NCBI GenBank assembly: GCA_965214705.1
Contig: CBDCCI010000002.1
Span: forward strand, 256,001-320,000
From: Alphaproteobacteria bacterium
GTDB lineage: Bacteria > Pseudomonadota > Alphaproteobacteria > UBA828
Direction: 5' to 3'
Length of the DNA: 64,000 nucleotides
Shown here: piece after piece, positions 43,555 to 53,362 of the stretch
How the letters are laid out: each line of letters opens with the position of its first letter
How positions within the stretch are numbered: the stretch's first letter is position 1
Made by a program: the position numbers and the translations under genes
Notes under the pieces: model-generated
What the model was told of the DNA's origin: nothing
The model's database searches: none
What the model saw: only the letters and a program-made list of their open reading frames with translations

Positions 43555-43890
43555 TCCGAGCTGGCAGAGTCCGGTGAAATTGTGGAGGTGGAAGGGAGCA
43601 CCGGTGTTCCCGATCAAGAGTTCGGGACGTGACGAGGAGTTCAACACGAAAGATACTTGCCGAGGATCCCCGCTCGGGGCCGTCGTCAGTGCATCGTGAG
43701 CGTTCTGAAGCAGCTCGAGAATACATCGCCCCCTGTATGCTTGGGCGATCTGTGCGTCGAGGCTGGCTATCGTTCGGTAGTTTTGCGTGCCATTCTTGGT
43801 CTCGTCGAAAAAGGTCTGCACCTGACGCTGTGCTTGGTCGACGATGAGTTCATCGCCAGCCCGTCTGGAGACTGAGCACTCGACTGCCAT
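43555..43890 (-). pseudogene. Sacsin-like gene, N-terminal part
   Basis: ELLQNAHDA, IGNTG-PF, LCQLGQ rejoins SPKDP in frame. Confidence 0.88.
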
Positions 43891-44026
43891 CCGTCTCAGT
43901 CAATCATCGGGACATGGCTGGAGACGGCGGCCTGCCAAGAGTTGCTAATCGCATCCGGGATGTCACTTGAAGGCTCGTGGTAAGGGCAGAATGTGAGTTT
44001 CCTGTCCGAGACTCATGCTGAAACAG

Positions 44027-44392
44027 TCATGTTGACTGGCTGCGCCTTGTCGTTGCGTTTGGCGCCGAGTTGGCGGGGTTGGACGAGTCCGTATCAGGGT
44101 CGGGCACGATGGTCGAGATGAAGTCGCGAATTTCCTCGATTTCGTGTTCGCGTCCCTCGGCAATAAGGCCGCGCGCGAGGACCTGAGCGGCGAACAGCGA
44201 GGCGCGCGCGATACGCACCCTCGCCTCCTTTCCGAACAGTTCTCTCTGGTCGAGGGCCTCTATGGCGAGTTCGACCAAGAGCTCGTTCGGATTCTGCATG
44301 GTGCCCAAAGCCGCCTTCTCGACCCGCGCCCATTGCCCGGGGAGGATGCGAATGCGCCTGCTCTGGGTCTTGTCGGTCGTTTCAGTCATCAC
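44027..44392 (-). CDS. Small DNA-binding protein (ribbon-helix-helix-like, possible relaxosome accessory)
   Basis: SRRIRI strand followed by two helices; next to the candidate oriT. Confidence 0.5.
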   Translation of the reverse strand: MMTETTDKTQSRRIRILPGQWARVEKAALGTMQNPNELLVELAIEALDQRELFGKEARVRIARASLFAAQVLARGLIAEGREHEIEEIRDFISTIVPDPDTDSSNPANSAPNATTRRSQST

Positions 44393-44472
44393 GTTCCGTC
44401 GAAAATCTGTCAGTTTCCGGTCACGAACGAAGCTGCAAGTCGTCGGACTCTACACAAGAATGGGCTGGTCCG

Positions 44473-44708
44473 GGCACGAAACGCGCCCGGTTTCGGGCGA
44501 CTGGGCGGCGGGGTGGCGCAAGGCGCGAGAGAAGGCGGTCATCATACGCCGCACCCCGCCCTGGCACAAATCGCGACCACGCAGGCGATTGCCTATACCC
44601 CGCGGAAACACGCTTCGTGTTTCGTTTCACGGCACCGCCTCTAACCCATTGATAATGAGACGTAACCAGCGTGTTACGATGTGCTGCTCCCTGGTCGCGT
44701 TTCGTGCC
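44473..44708 (+). other. Candidate oriT region
   Basis: GATTGCCT^ATA (44587-44597) resembles the R388 nic site TATTGTCT^ATA; bracketed by the 13-bp IR GGCACGAAACGCG. Confidence 0.4.
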
Positions 44709-45195
44709 AACTTTTCCCGGCACGCGAGGGGCGCGCTCGGGTACGAACGATCGTACCCGGTCGCAGCGCATCGCACGCAAACGCAGCCACCGCGACCCCT
44801 GCATCAGCGATGCGTCGGGTGTATGACCCAGACCGCTCCAGCGGTGGGAGCGGCCAATTCGTGCGGCATGAGCGATGGGGGAATCTTCGCCGGCGAGCGC
44901 AGCGGTTCGGAGCCGCCGCGGCGATTGATGCGGGCGGTCCGGCCGTCGCGAGCGAGGGCACCGGTGCGAAGCACCGTGCCGAACGGTGCGGCAGCGCATG
45001 ACATGGACGCGAAACGCAGCGCCGACAGCGAGCGAAGCGAGACCCCGGATCGCAGTCCGGGGCAGGCTGCGCATTGAGCGCCGCGCGAAGCGCGCGCGGT
45101 GGTCGGTACAGCCGCGAGACGGTCGGTGCGAAGAGAACGAGCCGCGCCGCCGTCCCGATGCCGGGATGACGACGCGGCCCGCGATGCGTTGCGGT

Positions 45196-46116
45196 CTAGG
45201 CCGCCTTCAGGACCGGAATGCCGAGCTGCCGCGCGCGGTCCACAAGGTTCTCGGTGATGCCGGAGCCGGGGAACGCGATCACGCCCTTGGGCAGGAGGTT
45301 GAGCAGTTCCTCGTTGCGGCGGAACGGTGCGGCGCGTCCGTGGCGGTCCCAGTCCGGCTTGCAGACGATCTGGTGGACGCCGTTGCGGTCTGCCCACTGC
45401 GCCGCGATCTTCTCGACGCCGGGGCCGCCGCCGTGCACGAGCACGATGTCTGCGTATTTGGCGCGGGCCTGTTCGAGCTTCGCGATCACCGTCGCCGGGT
45501 CGTCGACGTTCTTGCCGCCCGCGATGGCTACCAGCGTGCCCTGCGGCAGGTGCGCCGTGGTCGCGCGGTCCTTCCTCGCGCGCATGTAGTCTCGGGCGTC
45601 GATAGCCGCGCTGGTCAGCCTGCCGGTCTGCGAGGTGTGCGATCCCCGGCGCGGCCGCCACACGCTGCCGGTGTCCGCGCGGTAGGCGTCGGCGGCTTCG
45701 TCGCGCATCCGCTCGAACGCGTCGCGGCGCGCGGTCAGGTTGTGCGCCCTGTCCGTCACCAGCTCCAGCTCGCGCGACTTGATCTCGGTGCCGTCCTGCC
45801 CGCGCTGGAGGTCGCGCAGTTGCGGCGTCAGCTTGTCGGCGGCGCGGTCGAGGCGGTTGGTCTGGCTGTCGAGCATGTTTACGAAGCCCCACAGCAGGCT
45901 CTCGCGCTCGTCGGCGATTTGGAACCCGTCCGGCGCGACGCCCTGGGCCATGATGCGGAACGCCTCCGCGACGGCGGTCAGCGCGTCGTCCTCGTCCCAG
46001 ACCTCGCGGGTGTCGAACTCGTCGCGCTCGGGGGCGGCGCCGAAGAGGGCGGCGTTGTCGCTGATGGTCGCTGTCATGGACTGGTCCTGCGCTTCGATGT
46101 TCTCGATGGTGGTCAT
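45196..46116 (-). CDS. DUF2493 / YspA-like SLOG-domain protein
   Basis: VAIAGG, LVHGG--GVEKIAA-WA, DW-RHGRAAPF-RN, IAFPG-G-T. Confidence 0.85.
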   Translation of the reverse strand: MTTIENIEAQDQSMTATISDNAALFGAAPERDEFDTREVWDEDDALTAVAEAFRIMAQGVAPDGFQIADERESLLWGFVNMLDSQTNRLDRAADKLTPQLRDLQRGQDGTEIKSRELELVTDRAHNLTARRDAFERMRDEAADAYRADTGSVWRPRRGSHTSQTGRLTSAAIDARDYMRARKDRATTAHLPQGTLVAIAGGKNVDDPATVIAKLEQARAKYADIVLVHGGGPGVEKIAAQWADRNGVHQIVCKPDWDRHGRAAPFRRNEELLNLLPKGVIAFPGSGITENLVDRARQLGIPVLKAA

Positions 46117-46511
46117 GACGATCTCCTCGATCTGAAGTTGCACGGATCGGAGCGTTGGCCCCGACGTGATGTCCTGTTGGGAACCGCGCGCGCAGCGGAA
46201 GCACCTGGGCTTAGAAGGTCTTGGGGCGGAGTGGTGCGGAAAGTCGCCGATCTTGGTGCGGAAGATCGCTCCGCGATCTTCACGGTCGGCGACTTTCACG
46301 GTCCGCCCCTAGAGCTTCTTGCCCAGGCCGCAGGGAGCGGAGCGACCGGAGGACCCGGAGGGTTGCTGTAGCGAGCACGTGGGTCACAATGGGAGATCAC
46401 GTCGCCCCGCCCATTCTCTCCACCCGCACCGCCCCACGGCCTCGCGGCGGGCACGGCGTCGGCAAGCGAGGCGAGGACCGTGCTGCTGGCTGCCCGTGCT
46501 TGCCATCGCGG

Positions 46512-46739
46512 TCATGGCCACAGAGGGTGCGTCAGGACGCGCCGGGCGACGGTCTCGCGTATTTGCGAGCGCTCATGGATGCGCACCGGGCCGCGAGGGT
46601 CTTCGTCGAGCCAGCAGACGTAGTAGTGCGCCCCCGGCTTGAGGATGTCGTCCTGGCGATGGACCTCGCCGACGAAGTCGCCGTCGAAATAGACGCGGGA
46701 CTCTTCCGGCGTGATGCGCTTGAAGGCGATGTCGGTCAT
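46512..46739 (-). CDS. Small hypothetical protein (homolog of 60878)
   Basis: DI-F-R----E-RVY-DGD-VG-V-R-DDIL shared by both copies. Confidence 0.75.
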   Translation of the reverse strand: MTDIAFKRITPEESRVYFDGDFVGEVHRQDDILKPGAHYYVCWLDEDPRGPVRIHERSQIRETVARRVLTHPLWP

Positions 46740-47110
46740 GTGGTGCTCCCTGTCCGATGCCGCGCGAGGCAGGGACCGCTCCCTCCCTCCTCGCGGCGTT
46801 CGCCCCCTCCGAGCTTCACTCCACTCCACGTCAGGGCTGCCCGGCGCGGCATGCGCGATCGGGGGTTCGGTCTCCGGACCCACTGCAAAAGGAAAGGGAC
46901 GGCGCCGAAGCACCGCCCCGAGTCGAGGAGAGACAGTTGACGATCGCCGGAACCCTCGTCGGGAGGCTGAAAATGCCCCCACGGAACGATACCGTCGCGT
47001 CAGCCGGCCGGCCCGGGCTCCGGTGGAGGCTCGAAGCCCTCACCAAAAAAGGGGCCAGCGCCGAAGCGCCGGCCCCCGAGTTGGGAGGGAGGAACGAAGG
47101 GAAGCGGTCC

Positions 47111-47407
47111 CTAAAAGGGGATCGATCCGGCCGGATCCGCGGACGTGTCCGAACCGTTCGCGGGCTCGTCCGCGGGCTGCGCCGAGGCCGTCGCGCCGTT
47201 GCCGTTGGACCCGTTCGCCTTGTCGAGGAACTGGATCCGCGAGCCGGGGACGAGCAGGATCTCGGTCGAGAACCGATCCGAGTCCTCACCGTCCTTCCGC
47301 CACTTCCTGGTCTGCAGCTTGCCCGCGACGTAGACGAGCCGGCCCTTCTTCGCGTGCTTCGCGAGCATGTCGATCAGCCCGTCCTGGAAGGTCACGCAGC
47401 GGTGCCT
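47111..47407 (-). pseudogene. ssb: Single-stranded DNA-binding protein, 5'-truncated
   Basis: HRCV-F, KKGRLVYVAGKLQTRKW, C-terminal IPF; similarity ends abruptly at ~47408. Confidence 0.88.
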
Positions 47408-47634
47408 TTCAGTAAGTTGGGGATTATCGGCTACGCCACACGTACGCATGAGTGCCTAGATGTGCGATAAATCGCTCTATGAATACAGGTTTCTCCCGCT
47501 TCCTCGCGTACAGCCCGTATCTTTCTCGCGACAGACGCGCGCTCCGATACGCGTTTGTTCCACATCGGTCGCTTGCAGGGTGCTTACGATTCACCTACCA
47601 TGCAAAACCGTCAAGAATTCGCTACCCCCGACCC

Positions 47635-48816
47635 ATGCCCAGACGCGCCGAACGCAAACTCTCCAAACGCACCGTCGACGCCCTCGCCGCCGAGCGGCGC
47701 GACGCCGTCTTCTGGGATCGCGACCTGCCCGGCTTCGGGGTCAGGGTTTATCCCTCCGGCCGCAAGGTCTACCTCGTTCAGACCAGGGGACCGAACGGCT
47801 CGAAGCGGGCAACGCTCGGCAGCCACGGAGACCTCACCCCGGAGCAGGCCCGCAAGAAGGCCGCGGTCGCCATCGACCGCATCAAGCGCGGCGAACACCC
47901 GCTCCCGGCAGAGCCGCAGCCCGAGCCCACCGTGGCCGACCTGGCCGCGCACTACATGCGTGCCCATGTGGAGGTGAACTGCCAGCCGGCGACCGTGAAG
48001 GACTACCGGCGCACCCTCGACCTGCACATCCTGCCCGCCCTCGGGGAGATGACGCTCGCCTCGGTCGAGCGCGAGCATGCCGCCGACCTCCACTACCGGC
48101 TGCGCGAGACGCCGACGCGGGCGAACGCGGCGCTGAAGATCCTGTCGCACATATTCGCCCTGGCTCCGGGCTGGGGTTTCGAGACAGGCGGCAGGAACCC
48201 CTGCCGCTTCGTGCGCGGCTATCGTGAGCGCAAACGCGATCGCTTCCTGACCCGCGACGAGTACCGCCGGCTGGGCGACGTCCTGGACGAGGCGGAGAGG
48301 GGCCGGATGTCGGTGCACACGGTGGCCGCGATCCGCGTGCTGATGCTGACCGGGTGCCGGCGCAACGAGGTCCTGGAGCTGAAGTGGGACGACGTGGACC
48401 GGACGGCGGGGGAGCTGCGGATTCGTCATGCCAAGACCGGCCCGCGCCGGGTGCCGCTGACGCCGGCCGTGGCGGAGATTCTGGACGCGCTCCCTCGCGT
48501 GGAGGGCAAGCCCTGGGTGTTTCCGGGCCGGGGCGCCGACGGCCGTCTGGTCAACATCAACGCGCAGTGGCAGGCCCTGTGCGCCCGCGCCGGGCTTGAG
48601 GACGTGCGCATCCATGACCTTCGTCATTCGTACGCCTCGCGCGCGCTGGCGCTGGGCGAGAGCCTGACCACCATCGGCGGCCTTCTCGGTCACACGAAGG
48701 TGCGGACCACCGCGCGCTATGCGCATCTTGCCCGAGACACGGAGATCGAGGCTTCGGCGAAGATTGGGGCCAGCATCGGCGCCCATGTCCTGCAGGACGG
48801 GACCGGGCCAGCCTGA
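47635..48816 (+). CDS. Tyrosine integrase with arm-binding domain (pair 2, first gene)
   Basis: FWDRDLPGFGVRV, TGCRRNEV, KTG, RIHDLRHS, LGH...TARY. Confidence 0.93.
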   Translation: MPRRAERKLSKRTVDALAAERRDAVFWDRDLPGFGVRVYPSGRKVYLVQTRGPNGSKRATLGSHGDLTPEQARKKAAVAIDRIKRGEHPLPAEPQPEPTVADLAAHYMRAHVEVNCQPATVKDYRRTLDLHILPALGEMTLASVEREHAADLHYRLRETPTRANAALKILSHIFALAPGWGFETGGRNPCRFVRGYRERKRDRFLTRDEYRRLGDVLDEAERGRMSVHTVAAIRVLMLTGCRRNEVLELKWDDVDRTAGELRIRHAKTGPRRVPLTPAVAEILDALPRVEGKPWVFPGRGADGRLVNINAQWQALCARAGLEDVRIHDLRHSYASRALALGESLTTIGGLLGHTKVRTTARYAHLARDTEIEASAKIGASIGAHVLQDGTGPA

Positions 48817-48843
48817 GGCGACGTTCGGGGAAGAGGTTCGGCG

Positions 48844-50037
48844 ATGGCGAAGCTTAAGCGACAGTCGATCTCGCGGCGCACGGTCGAGGCGCTGTCGGTC
48901 GACAAGGACACCGTGTTCTGGGACCGGGAGCTGACGGGCTTCGGGGTCCGCGTCTATCCGTCGGGGTCGAAGTACTACATCGTGCAGGTGCGCGGCCCGG
49001 AGGGCTCGAAGCGTCTCACGGTGGGCCGGCACGGCGTCATCACGGCGGACCGGGCGCGGCAGCGGGCGGCGCTGATCATTGCCCGGATCAAGGCGGGGGA
49101 GGACCCGATCCCGGCACCCCTGCCGCCGCCCCCGGACGGGCCGACGGTCGGCGAGATCGCGGCGCGCTACCTTGAACAGCATGTGGCGGTGCGCTGCAGG
49201 GCGAGCACGGCGGACATGTACCGGCGCAAGATCGAGCGCTACATCCTGCCGGCCTTCGGCACGTTGCCGCTTTCGGCGGTCAGCCGCGAGGACGTAGCCG
49301 GATTGCACTACGAACTCCGCGACAGGCCGGTGCTGGCGAACCATGTTGTCGAGGTCCTGTCGCGCCTGTTCACCATGGCGGAGTACTGGGGCCTTGCGCC
49401 CGAGGGCGGCAACCCGTGCCGGTTCGTGAAGCCCCACCGGGTGCGCCGGCGCGAGCGCTTCCTGACGGAGGAGGAGTTCACCCGCCTGGGCCGGGTTCTC
49501 GCCGAGGCGGAGACGGACGGCCCGGCGATGCCGAGCACGGTGGCGGCGATCCGGCTTCTGATGCTGACCGGGTGCCGGCGCAGCGAGATCCTGGAGCTGA
49601 AGTGGGATGACGTGGACCTGGAGCGCCGCGAGCTGAGGTTGCGCCAGACCAAGACGGGACCGCGCACGGTGCCGCTGAACCCTGCTGCGGTGCAGGTGCT
49701 GTCGGGGCTGCGGCGGGCGCCGGACAATCCCTGGGTGCTGCCGGGCAGGCAGCCGGGCCGGCGTATCTCGAGCCTCAACGAGCCCTGGCTGCGGCTTCGC
49801 AAGCGCGCCGGGCTGGAGGACGTGCGGCTTCATGACCTGCGTCACAGCTTCGCTTCGCGCGCGCTGGCGCTTGGGGAATCGCTTCCGATGATCGCGCGGC
49901 TCCTGGGCCACGCCGAGGTGCAGACGACGGCGCACTACGCCCACCTGAGCCGCGAAGCCCTTAATGCGGCGGCGGCCAGGATCGCGGACAGCATCGGTGA
50001 GGACATTCTTCGCGGCGCCCGGACTTCGAGCCCCTGA
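48844..50037 (+). CDS. Tyrosine integrase with arm-binding domain (pair 2, second gene)
   Basis: FWDRELTGFGVRV, TGCRRSEI, RLHDLRHS, LGH...TAHY. Confidence 0.93.
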   Translation: MAKLKRQSISRRTVEALSVDKDTVFWDRELTGFGVRVYPSGSKYYIVQVRGPEGSKRLTVGRHGVITADRARQRAALIIARIKAGEDPIPAPLPPPPDGPTVGEIAARYLEQHVAVRCRASTADMYRRKIERYILPAFGTLPLSAVSREDVAGLHYELRDRPVLANHVVEVLSRLFTMAEYWGLAPEGGNPCRFVKPHRVRRRERFLTEEEFTRLGRVLAEAETDGPAMPSTVAAIRLLMLTGCRRSEILELKWDDVDLERRELRLRQTKTGPRTVPLNPAAVQVLSGLRRAPDNPWVLPGRQPGRRISSLNEPWLRLRKRAGLEDVRLHDLRHSFASRALALGESLPMIARLLGHAEVQTTAHYAHLSREALNAAAARIADSIGEDILRGARTSSP

Positions 50038-50388
50038 GAGGCGGGGCCGGGACGGGCGGGGAGCGGCAAAGCCAAGCCGGGGGGTCGCAGCCGCCCCGTC
50101 AGTTCGACCCGCAGCAGCGCTAGCAATGTTGTTAAGCTCGCTTTGTTGCCCCCCCCCAATCCAGCAAGATCAATGAGTTACCGCGCCGATCGGCATCCAA
50201 CCCGTGCGCCGATCAACACTTCGGGCACGTCAAGGCAATCCTCAACATCGGATTGTCGACGAAGCCGCGGCCGGTTTATGACTCCTCAATCGGCAACCGC
50301 GGACACAGACGCGTTCGACGATCTGCCCCGGCGATGGTTGCGACATCGTCGGCACCGCCCGCTCACCGCCAAACCGCAGGGTCCCACC

Positions 50389-50801
50389 ATGTCGAAAGTC
50401 ATCGAAAGCCTTCGTTCCCTGGACCGAAAAGAACGCTTTGCGGTCGTACGGGAAGCGCTGTGCATCGACGAACAAACGCCCAAACTCGACAAGGGTTTTC
50501 GCGAGAAGCTGAGCGGCTGCGTCGGCGTGCCGGTACCCGAACACGCGTTCGTCGCCATGGACTACCATCTCGACTGGATCCGGATGTCCCTTCACCTTGC
50601 AGAAAATCCGGCCCCCAGGCCCGGGGAACCGTTCCCCAACCTCGGCTTCGACGACATCAACAACGACCAGGAAGACATCGACCTGCTGGTCGCTTTCGAC
50701 TCGGGGGACGAAACCGCGCCGGCAACGCATCTGGCGATGATCGAAGCGAAGGCCTACCTGCCCTGGACCAACGAGCAACTGAAGTCCAAGACCTGTCGGC
50801 T
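50389..50801 (+). pseudogene. PD-(D/E)XK-like nuclease-fold protein, 5' part
   Basis: QEDIDLLVAF...MIEAKA; interrupted at the TSD and continues at 52328-52583. Confidence 0.65.
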
Positions 50802-51013
50802 GGGTGTGGTTCTGGTATGGCGGTAATGAACCCGGTCTGATCCATGAGTCCTTGCGGTGCGGAGCGTCCTCACCTCCCAGTCAAGCCGGCTGTCGAGACA
50901 AAATCCTGCCCTGGAACGGTCGATTGTCACGAAACCCCGATTTCGGCTGTCTGCCTCGACCCATGAAACGTTCTACGTCAATGACTTACGATTGCCATAC
51001 CAGACCCACACCC
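50802..51013 (-). mobile_element. ISKra4-related MITE 1 (212 bp)
   Basis: IRs GGGTGTGG-TCTGGTATGGC; ~160 bp homologous to the ISKra4 left end at 23377. Confidence 0.85.
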
Positions 51014-51036
51014 ACTTCAAGCGGTGAACCTACTAT

Positions 51037-51994
51037 TTACTTGCCTTCCGGCGCAATTGCATCCTCTAGGTTCAGACTCTTGAGGTGAGGCTCAAGTGCG
51101 TTGATCAGCCGATTCATTGAGTCGGTCATCAGGTCGTGCGTCTTTTTCCAACTCTGCTCGGGATCGCTGTATCCTCCCTGCACGGTTGCTCGTATGCGAC
51201 AGGCCCGTTTTCCCTCCAATTTCTCCCATCTAAGCGGTCCTCCAAATGCACCTTCAATCTCCTCCTTCCGTGCACAAAGTTGATTGAAAATGTGCAGATT
51301 CAGATGATCCATGTTCTTGCCGCGGTCGACATAAAGCTCTGCAGCAGCCTCGTTCTGCCAAACCACGTAATTGAAGCTCGCACCGCGCACCCCAAGAGCT
51401 AAGCCCCATCCACGAGTGATGCCTTGGACTGATGTGCCGGTGAAGCGTCGCGTCCGGGTGCTGAACCAACTGTGACCACCATTTGTAGCGCGTATGATGC
51501 CGCTCGCTCATTTCTTGCTTGCTGCGCCCGATCGATTTCCCCTCTTCGGATGGACCAACGATCACGGTGAGCAAAGGGGCAGGTAATGAGTTGTCGATGC
51601 GGATGGCCTCGATTTTCACGAGATAGAAGTCGGCACTCGACGACTCATTGAGCCAAGTCATGGCGGCGACGTGCTCAGGGCGTGGATCGGCCACAATCCA
51701 GACAGCAACCTTGGCCTGCATGGCAGTCAGGTAGGTAATCAGCTTGCCCAAATGGTCGTGATTGCTCTTCTCCAATTGGTTCTCGATTATGATTGAAGAC
51801 CCATCGTTTCCTTCCGCAACCAGATCAGCACTGAAGGTGCTCTCTGTCTTCCTCTCCCTTTCGACATTTTCGATATCGCGACTTATTGCGGCGCTTAAGA
51901 CATCAATGTTTTCCTCAAGCCACTTTGTGAAGTCGTACGCTTCGTGCTTCCAGAGATCGCGAAGCGAGACACGTTCAATCTTTGCTATCGACAT
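51037..51994 (-). pseudogene. Endonuclease-fold + DUF4268 protein, frameshift near 51395
   Basis: HEAYDFTKWL, ADL, IIIENQL--S-HDHLGK-ITY; C-terminal IEGAFG--L-WE-L-GKRACRI; split over two frames. Confidence 0.8.
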
Positions 51995-52072
51995 CCTCAT
52001 CCTTCTTCGGGCGGGTGGTCGTCTTCCGCGTCAGTCTGCAGGCGGCCGTCGGCGCGAAGCCGGGCTTCGACC

Positions 52073-52319
52073 GGGAGCGGTTCTTGTATGGCGGGAATGG
52101 GCGTTTCCGCTTGATACACCTTCCGCTCAGCACCATACATGCCCATCCCGCTTGATGCACGCGGCGCCGTCATCCTGCCCCCGATGGCGTGCGGCCCCAT
52201 CCTGACAGGATTCCGCCCGGGTCGGGCACTTTGTCACGAAAATCCGGAGTCAGACGAACAGGGAGCGCCTAAGCCATTGAATCTCAACACTCTCAATCCG
52301 CCATCCCAGAACCCCACCC
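52073..52319 (-). mobile_element. ISKra4-related MITE 2 (247 bp)
   Basis: IRs GGGAGCGGTTCTTGTATGGCGG / CCGCCATCCCAGAACCCCACCC; shares TTTCGTGACAA with the ISKra4 end. Confidence 0.8.
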
Positions 52320-52327
52320 TGTCGGCT

Positions 52328-52583
52328 CCGAGAGATGTTCGGCGAAGACGGAATGCAGGCCGGCGTGGTGAAGCCGCATTTCCTACTGATGACGGCCCGC
52401 AGGTCGGACAAAATCTTGACCGCCACGTGGCCCGGCTGGACAAAAGACAGGCAGGGAAACCCGCTCTGGCTCGATTACGACTTGCCTTCCCGCCGCAAGG
52501 TCACGCGCTGCGATGCCGGCGGCAAGCCCGACAAGCGCGGCGGTCACCTGCGGCTCGACCCCGTGCCGCGTTCGATCAAATAA
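52328..52583 (+). pseudogene. 3' part of the 50389 gene
   Basis: KTCRL|REMFGEDG..PHFLLM rejoined across the TSD TGTCGGCT. Confidence 0.7.
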
Positions 52584-52596
52584 CGGCCCACATCAT

Positions 52597-52899
52597 TCAA
52601 CTGGTGCGCCGTCCGGTCGTGCGCTGGATTCCTGCCCCGACACAATCTGCCCGCGACCCGATTTCGCGGGCTCGCGCCTGTCCCCGGATACCTCGGACCA
52701 ATCCGCCGGAGGTCCTTCCCGCAGCAGCTTGAACAACGACTGCCGCGCGAGTTCGAACAGGCAGCCCCAGCGCCTCCGCTCTTCCGCCGTGCCAGCGGTT
52801 GGCCGTACGGTGCGCCTTGTCGTTCCGCACCAGGTACTCGTGCAGCATGTAATCCGCCGCTTTCGACGCTGACGCCAGCGCGCACGGACCCGAGAGCAT
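52597..52899 (-). pseudogene. Degenerate MOBF relaxase N-terminal remnant
   Basis: SASKAADY...RWHGGRAEALGL resembles the W-G-GA--LGL motif. Confidence 0.4.
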
Positions 52900-53362
52900 C
52901 CTAGCGTCCGGAGCGCGGGCGGGCTGACGGGGTGCGGTGTTGTTCGGCGTGCAACTTGGACCCCCCAGTATCGAGCCGCTTCAATGGCTTATCGCGCTGA
53001 TCGGCGCACAATCCACGCGCCGAACAACACTCGGGGTGGCGCGGAACCCGCATATCCGCACAACCTCCGCAAGCGCGATACATTAGCACAGTTGCGGACA
53101 ATTGCCGCGCAAGGCACCGCGCGGCGCGCCGGCTGCTCCGCGATCGTGAACGGGGACATGCAGCACGGTCCACGCTTGCGCGTTGTGGAGATGGTCGATC
53201 CCTTCGCCGCAATCGCCGGCGATACGGTGGCGTCGCCGATCGGGCGGCGACGCCCGCAGACGCATACCCAGAGCGGTGAAGGCAGCGCTTGGTGTAGGCC
53301 AGTTCGATGGAGGAGGATCAGCGCAAGTGGGGCCTCTAACGATTCAAGAAAGCCATTTCTGG

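Noticed and set aside
51380-51410. Programmed frameshift in the DUF4268 gene
   Set aside because: No slippery motif; a one-base indel or sequencing error is more likely
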